Both the position numbers and the translations under genes were made by a program. This document shows positions 60,775 to 64,000 of a DNA stretch of 64,000 bases, piece after piece. The stretch spans positions 34,851 to 98,850 of the forward strand of contig JAQUWY010000002.1 in NCBI GenBank assembly GCA_028692655.1. The letters run 5' to 3'. The first letter of the stretch is position 1, and every line of letters starts with the position of its first letter. The notes under the pieces were generated by a model that was not told the origin of the DNA, ran no database searches, and saw only the letters and a list, made by a program, of their open reading frames with translations. The DNA comes from Candidatus Omnitrophota bacterium (lineage in GTDB: Bacteria > Omnitrophota > Gorgyraeia > Duberdicusellales > 4484-171).

Positions 60775-61260
60775 ATGGAAGCCAGCAATAATATCAGAAG
60801 TGATAAAGAAATTAAAGACCTGGTTGAGAAATGGAAAGGTGTGGAAGGCAATCTTATTATGATCCTGCATACCATACAGGATGAGTATGGTTATATTCCC
60901 CGCCACGTATCTTTTGAGCTCCAGAAATTGCTTGATATACCTTTAGCCAGGATTTATGAAGTAATAACTTTTTATAATTACTTCAAACTGGAACCGCCGG
61001 GAAAGCATAAGATATCTCTTTGTATGGGTACAGCTTGTTATCTTAAGGGCGGGGTTGACATATTAGGAGAGCTAAAAAGCATACTGCATATAGAACCCGG
61101 CCAGACTACAAAAGACGGGCTATTTACTATTGAACTGGTTAGATGCCTTGGCTGCTGCGGCTTATCACCGGTAATGATGATTGACGGAAAGATTTACGGA
61201 AAACTGTCTCAGGAAAAAATTCCCGAGATTCTAACGCATTATATAGAAGCCGAAAGTTAA
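60775..61260 (+). CDS. hndA: NuoE-like [2Fe-2S] subunit (HndA-like)
   Basis: 161 aa. CMGTACY...C..C...LGCCGLSP NuoE-family Cys pattern. Confidence 0.85.
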   Translation: MEASNNIRSDKEIKDLVEKWKGVEGNLIMILHTIQDEYGYIPRHVSFELQKLLDIPLARIYEVITFYNYFKLEPPGKHKISLCMGTACYLKGGVDILGELKSILHIEPGQTTKDGLFTIELVRCLGCCGLSPVMMIDGKIYGKLSQEKIPEILTHYIEAES

Positions 61261-61281
61261 ATTTTAGAATAAGGCGGGTAA

Positions 61282-61623
61282 ATGGATAAGCTAACTAAAG
61301 ATAATTTTCAAAAAGCTAAAAACGATTCAGTCCAAAAGAAAACTAATTGGATAAAAGTGGGCATGAGCACCTGTGGTATAGCAGCCGGGGCCAGAGAGGT
61401 TTACGATACTTTAACCGAGGAAGTTAAACGCCGTAACCTCAACATTGATATTCTTAAGACTGGGTGTTTAGGCATGTGCTATATTGAACCTCTGGTAGAA
61501 GTTTGTATAGAGGGAGTACCGCATGTTGTCTATGGTAATGTCGATACAAAGGCTGCGTTGGGAATTGTTGATAAACATATTTGCGGCAAGAGAGTTATGA
61601 ATGACCATTTGGTAATAAAGTAA
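61282..61623 (+). CDS. hndB: small thioredoxin-like [2Fe-2S] ferredoxin subunit (HndB-like)
   Basis: 113 aa. STCG...GCLGMC...C Cys pattern. Homologous to the N-terminal domain that is fused to NuoF in the first operon. Confidence 0.7.
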   Translation: MDKLTKDNFQKAKNDSVQKKTNWIKVGMSTCGIAAGAREVYDTLTEEVKRRNLNIDILKTGCLGMCYIEPLVEVCIEGVPHVVYGNVDTKAALGIVDKHICGKRVMNDHLVIK

Positions 61624-61631
61624 TAAAGGCT

Positions 61632-63374
61632 ATGTATAGAAAAACAATATTTATAAAGGATACCGATTCCCAAGGGCTTGACCGCACCAAGGAATTCTAT
61701 AATAAGTTTTTGGAAAACCTGCGCTCGAGAAATCTTCAAAATGACATTCAGGTTGCCAGGGCAGCTGATATCGGTATATATAACCAGGGAATTGTCTTGA
61801 GGGTTTATGGCGAGGACACAATATATGTTCAGCTTAAAGAAACGGATATTGATAATATTATTTCTCTCACCATCGAAAAAAATGAAATTATATCTTCCTT
61901 GCAATATAAGAAAAAAGATAAGCAATTAAGAAGAGTGTTGAGAAACTGCGGGGTTATAAATCCTGACTGTATTGAGGATTATCTTGCTAATGGAGGCTAT
62001 CAAGGGCTTTATAAAGTGTTAACTTCGTTGAAGCCGGAGGAAGTTATTAAAGAGTTAAAAATAAGCGGCTTGCGCGGGCGCGGCGGCGGCGGCTTTCCTA
62101 CCTGGATGAAGTGGGATTTTGCGCTTAAGACAGAATCCGATCAGAAATATATTATTTGTAACGGAGACGAAGGCGATCCCGGGGCTTATATGGACCGTAG
62201 CGTTTTAGAAGGAGACCCTCATTCGGTAATAGAAGGGATGATCATTGCCGGTTATACTATAGGCGCTAGCAAGGGTTATTTTTATATCCGCGCGGAGTAT
62301 CCCCTGGCGATAGAAAGAATTCAAAATGCTATTGACCAGGCCTATTCCAAAGGATTGATAGGCGAAAAGATATTAAACAGCGGTTTTAATTTTGATTTAT
62401 CCATACGCCTTGGTGCCGGAGCCTTTGTTTGCGGTGAGGAAACCGCTCTTATTGCTTCTATTGAGGGCAAACGCGGTACGCCCTTGCCTAGGCCGCCCTA
62501 TCCTTCGGTAAAAGGCTTATGGTCTAAGCCTACAGTTATTAATAATGTAGAAACTTTAGCTAATGTTGCTTATATATTTATTAGGGGAGCAAAAGAATTT
62601 GCTAAACTGGGAACTGAAACTTCCAAAGGAACAAAAGTATTCGCTTTAACCGGAAAAGTAAAAAACTCCGGGTTGATAGAAGTCCCCATGGGAACTACGT
62701 TAAGGGAGATAGTCTTTGATGTTGGCGGAGGAGTTTTAGATAATAAAAATATAAAGGCAGTTCAGACCGGAGGGCCCTCCGGAGGAGTTATCCCTGCCCA
62801 GTATCTGGATACGCCTGTAGATTATGAAAATCTTAGTAAGCTTGGTTCGATAATGGGTTCAGGCGGCATGATTGTTATGGATGAAACTGATTGTATGGTC
62901 GATATAGCAAAGTTTTATTTAGGTTTCTGCGTTGAAGAATCTTGCGGTAAATGCGCACCTTGCAGGATCGGCGGCAGTCAGATGCTTGATATATTAACCC
63001 GCATATCCAAGGGCCAGGCTCAAAACCATGATTTGGAGACGCTAAGCAGGATATCGTTTGCCATGCAAAAAGCTTCTCTTTGCGGTTTAGGCCAAACTGC
63101 CCCCAATCCGGTTGTTTCTACTTTGAAGCATTTTCTTCCGGAATACAAAGAACATACCGAGAATAAACGTTGTCCGGCGGGAAAATGTTTGGATCTTTTA
63201 AGCTATAAGATTATTGACGAAAAATGTAAACGCTGCGGAGCCTGCGTACGGATTTGTCCGGTTAGTGCTATAAGTGGAAACCGCGAACATGGTTACAGTA
63301 TAGACACTCAGAAATGTACAAAATGCGGCCAGTGCATTAGTGTTTGCAAATTTAAAGCGATATCTAAGGAGTGA
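61632..63374 (+). CDS. hndC: NuoF-like NAD(P)H-binding flavoprotein with C-terminal 2x[4Fe-4S] ferredoxin domain (HndC-like)
   Basis: 580 aa. [35 protein letters not shown]-terminal [12 protein letters not shown] / [11 protein letters not shown]. The N-terminal ~110 aa contains no cysteine. Confidence 0.88.
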   Translation: MYRKTIFIKDTDSQGLDRTKEFYNKFLENLRSRNLQNDIQVARAADIGIYNQGIVLRVYGEDTIYVQLKETDIDNIISLTIEKNEIISSLQYKKKDKQLRRVLRNCGVINPDCIEDYLANGGYQGLYKVLTSLKPEEVIKELKISGLRGRGGGGFPTWMKWDFALKTESDQKYIICNGDEGDPGAYMDRSVLEGDPHSVIEGMIIAGYTIGASKGYFYIRAEYPLAIERIQNAIDQAYSKGLIGEKILNSGFNFDLSIRLGAGAFVCGEETALIASIEGKRGTPLPRPPYPSVKGLWSKPTVINNVETLANVAYIFIRGAKEFAKLGTETSKGTKVFALTGKVKNSGLIEVPMGTTLREIVFDVGGGVLDNKNIKAVQTGGPSGGVIPAQYLDTPVDYENLSKLGSIMGSGGMIVMDETDCMVDIAKFYLGFCVEESCGKCAPCRIGGSQMLDILTRISKGQAQNHDLETLSRISFAMQKASLCGLGQTAPNPVVSTLKHFLPEYKEHTENKRCPAGKCLDLLSYKIIDEKCKRCGACVRICPVSAISGNREHGYSIDTQKCTKCGQCISVCKFKAISKE

Positions 63375-63375
63375 C

Positions 63376-64000
63376 ATGGTAAAAGCGAAAATAAATGGCA
63401 TAGATGTCCAGGTGGCCAGAGGCACCTCTATTCTTACTGCTGCTAAAAAAGTTAATATAAAAATTCCTTCGCTTTGCAAACATCCTGATTTGGACGCTAC
63501 TGCGGCTTGTGGTATATGTATTGTAAAAGTTAAGGGCAGCAAAAAAATGCTGCGTTCGTGCTGCACGCCCTTGGAAGAGGGTATGGATATCATAACCCAC
63601 GATGACGAACTTCAGGATATAAGGCGTACAGTTATTGAGTTAATCTTATCCAACCATCCCGATGAATGCCTTGAATGCGGCCGGAATAATAACTGCGAAC
63701 TTCAAAAATTAGCCGCTGATTTTGGTATTCGCCAACAGCCGTTTAAAGAATTTTTGAGAGACCTTCCTAAAGATGACTCAACAAAAACTATTGTTATTGA
63801 TCCACGTAAATGTATTCAGTGCGGCAGATGTGTGCAGGTTTGCCAGGATATGCAGGATGTTTGGGCCCTTTCTTTCTTAGAGAGAGGGATCGAAACCCGG
63901 ATATCGCCGGCCGGAGACATAAATCTGTCTGAAAGTCCATGCGTGCGTTGCGGCCAGTGTTCAGCTCATTGTCCTACCGGGGCTATCGTTGAATACGATG
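63376..64000 (+). CDS. hndD: [FeFe]-hydrogenase catalytic subunit N-terminal part (HndD-like), 3'-truncated by window end
   Basis: Frame open to the window end. [2Fe-2S] domain (CKHPDLDATAACGICIV...C), HPDECLECGRNNNC, CIQCGRCVQVC, CVRCGQCSAHCPTGA. The H-cluster domain lies beyond the window. Confidence 0.8.
   Translation, partial: MVKAKINGIDVQVARGTSILTAAKKVNIKIPSLCKHPDLDATAACGICIVKVKGSKKMLRSCCTPLEEGMDIITHDDELQDIRRTVIELILSNHPDECLECGRNNNCELQKLAADFGIRQQPFKEFLRDLPKDDSTKTIVIDPRKCIQCGRCVQVCQDMQDVWALSFLERGIETRISPAGDINLSESPCVRCGQCSAHCPTGAIVEYD

Noticed and set aside
63198-63600. Minus-strand ORFs overlapping hndC/hndD junction
   Set aside because: Antisense shadow ORFs. Both + strand genes have strong domain signatures.
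1-64000. CRISPR arrays, tRNA/rRNA genes, IS elements
   Set aside because: No CRISPR arrays, IS elements or rRNA genes were identified. Intergenic regions are all under 190 bp, none shows tandem direct repeats with spacers, a cloverleaf-compatible tRNA structure or terminal inverted repeats.

Overview
This 64-kb window is a contiguous stretch of core chromosome. All of the roughly 70 credible genes lie on the + strand; every minus-strand ORF in the track looks like antisense noise. The sequence describes an anaerobic, LPS-bearing (diderm) bacterium, and the lineage cannot be fixed without a database search.

Gene content, in order:
- 1-28.2 kb: a near-complete ribosomal and transcription superoperon. 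It runs from a 5'-truncated rplJ through rplL, rpoB, rpoC, rpsL, rpsG, fusA and tuf, then the S10, spc and alpha operons through secY, adk, map, infA, an unlisted rpmJ, rpsM, rpsK, rpsD, rpoA and rplQ. rpsN is the zinc type-Z form and no rpmD (L30) is present.
- 28.3-35.6 kb: a central-metabolism block of aspartate aminotransferase, a LeuC-type aconitase-family large subunit, an orphan pilT, leuD, an IPMDH/IDH-family dehydrogenase, an MDH/LDH and a compact E3-like flavoprotein.
- 35.8-38.9 kb: a PagL-like lipid A 3-O-deacylase outer-membrane protein with a TPR-like N-terminus, a GNAT acetyltransferase, an acyl-CoA dehydrogenase and aroK.
- 38.9-42.9 kb: dprA, topA and xerC, read as housekeeping synteny rather than a mobile element.
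- 42.9-54.1 kb: a lipid A / inner-core LPS cluster. It holds waaA, lpxK, an LpxL-family acyltransferase fused to an ELM1/DUF1022-like domain, a GT4::GT9 fusion, a GT4, a NodB-type deacetylase and three more GT9 heptosyltransferases.
- 54.2-64.0 kb: rex, then two tandem and architecturally different multimeric [FeFe]-hydrogenase operons.
  - Operon 1 is a small ACT-like TM1266-type putative regulator, a NuoE-like subunit, a 1051-aa (HndB-like domain)::NuoF::GltD-like flavoprotein fusion, and a CpI-type HydA whose H-cluster L1 motif reads TSCSPGW instead of the canonical TSCCPxW.
  - Operon 2 is HndABCD-like (NuoE, HndB-like, NuoF with a cysteine-free N-terminal domain, and a HydA truncated by the window end). 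It is preceded by a sigma70-like promoter and a perfect Rex operator, TTGTGAcaaaatTCACAA.

The redox-regulated dual-hydrogenase locus and the fused LPS genes are the most novel-looking content. No CRISPR array, tRNA or rRNA gene and no evident mobile element were found.
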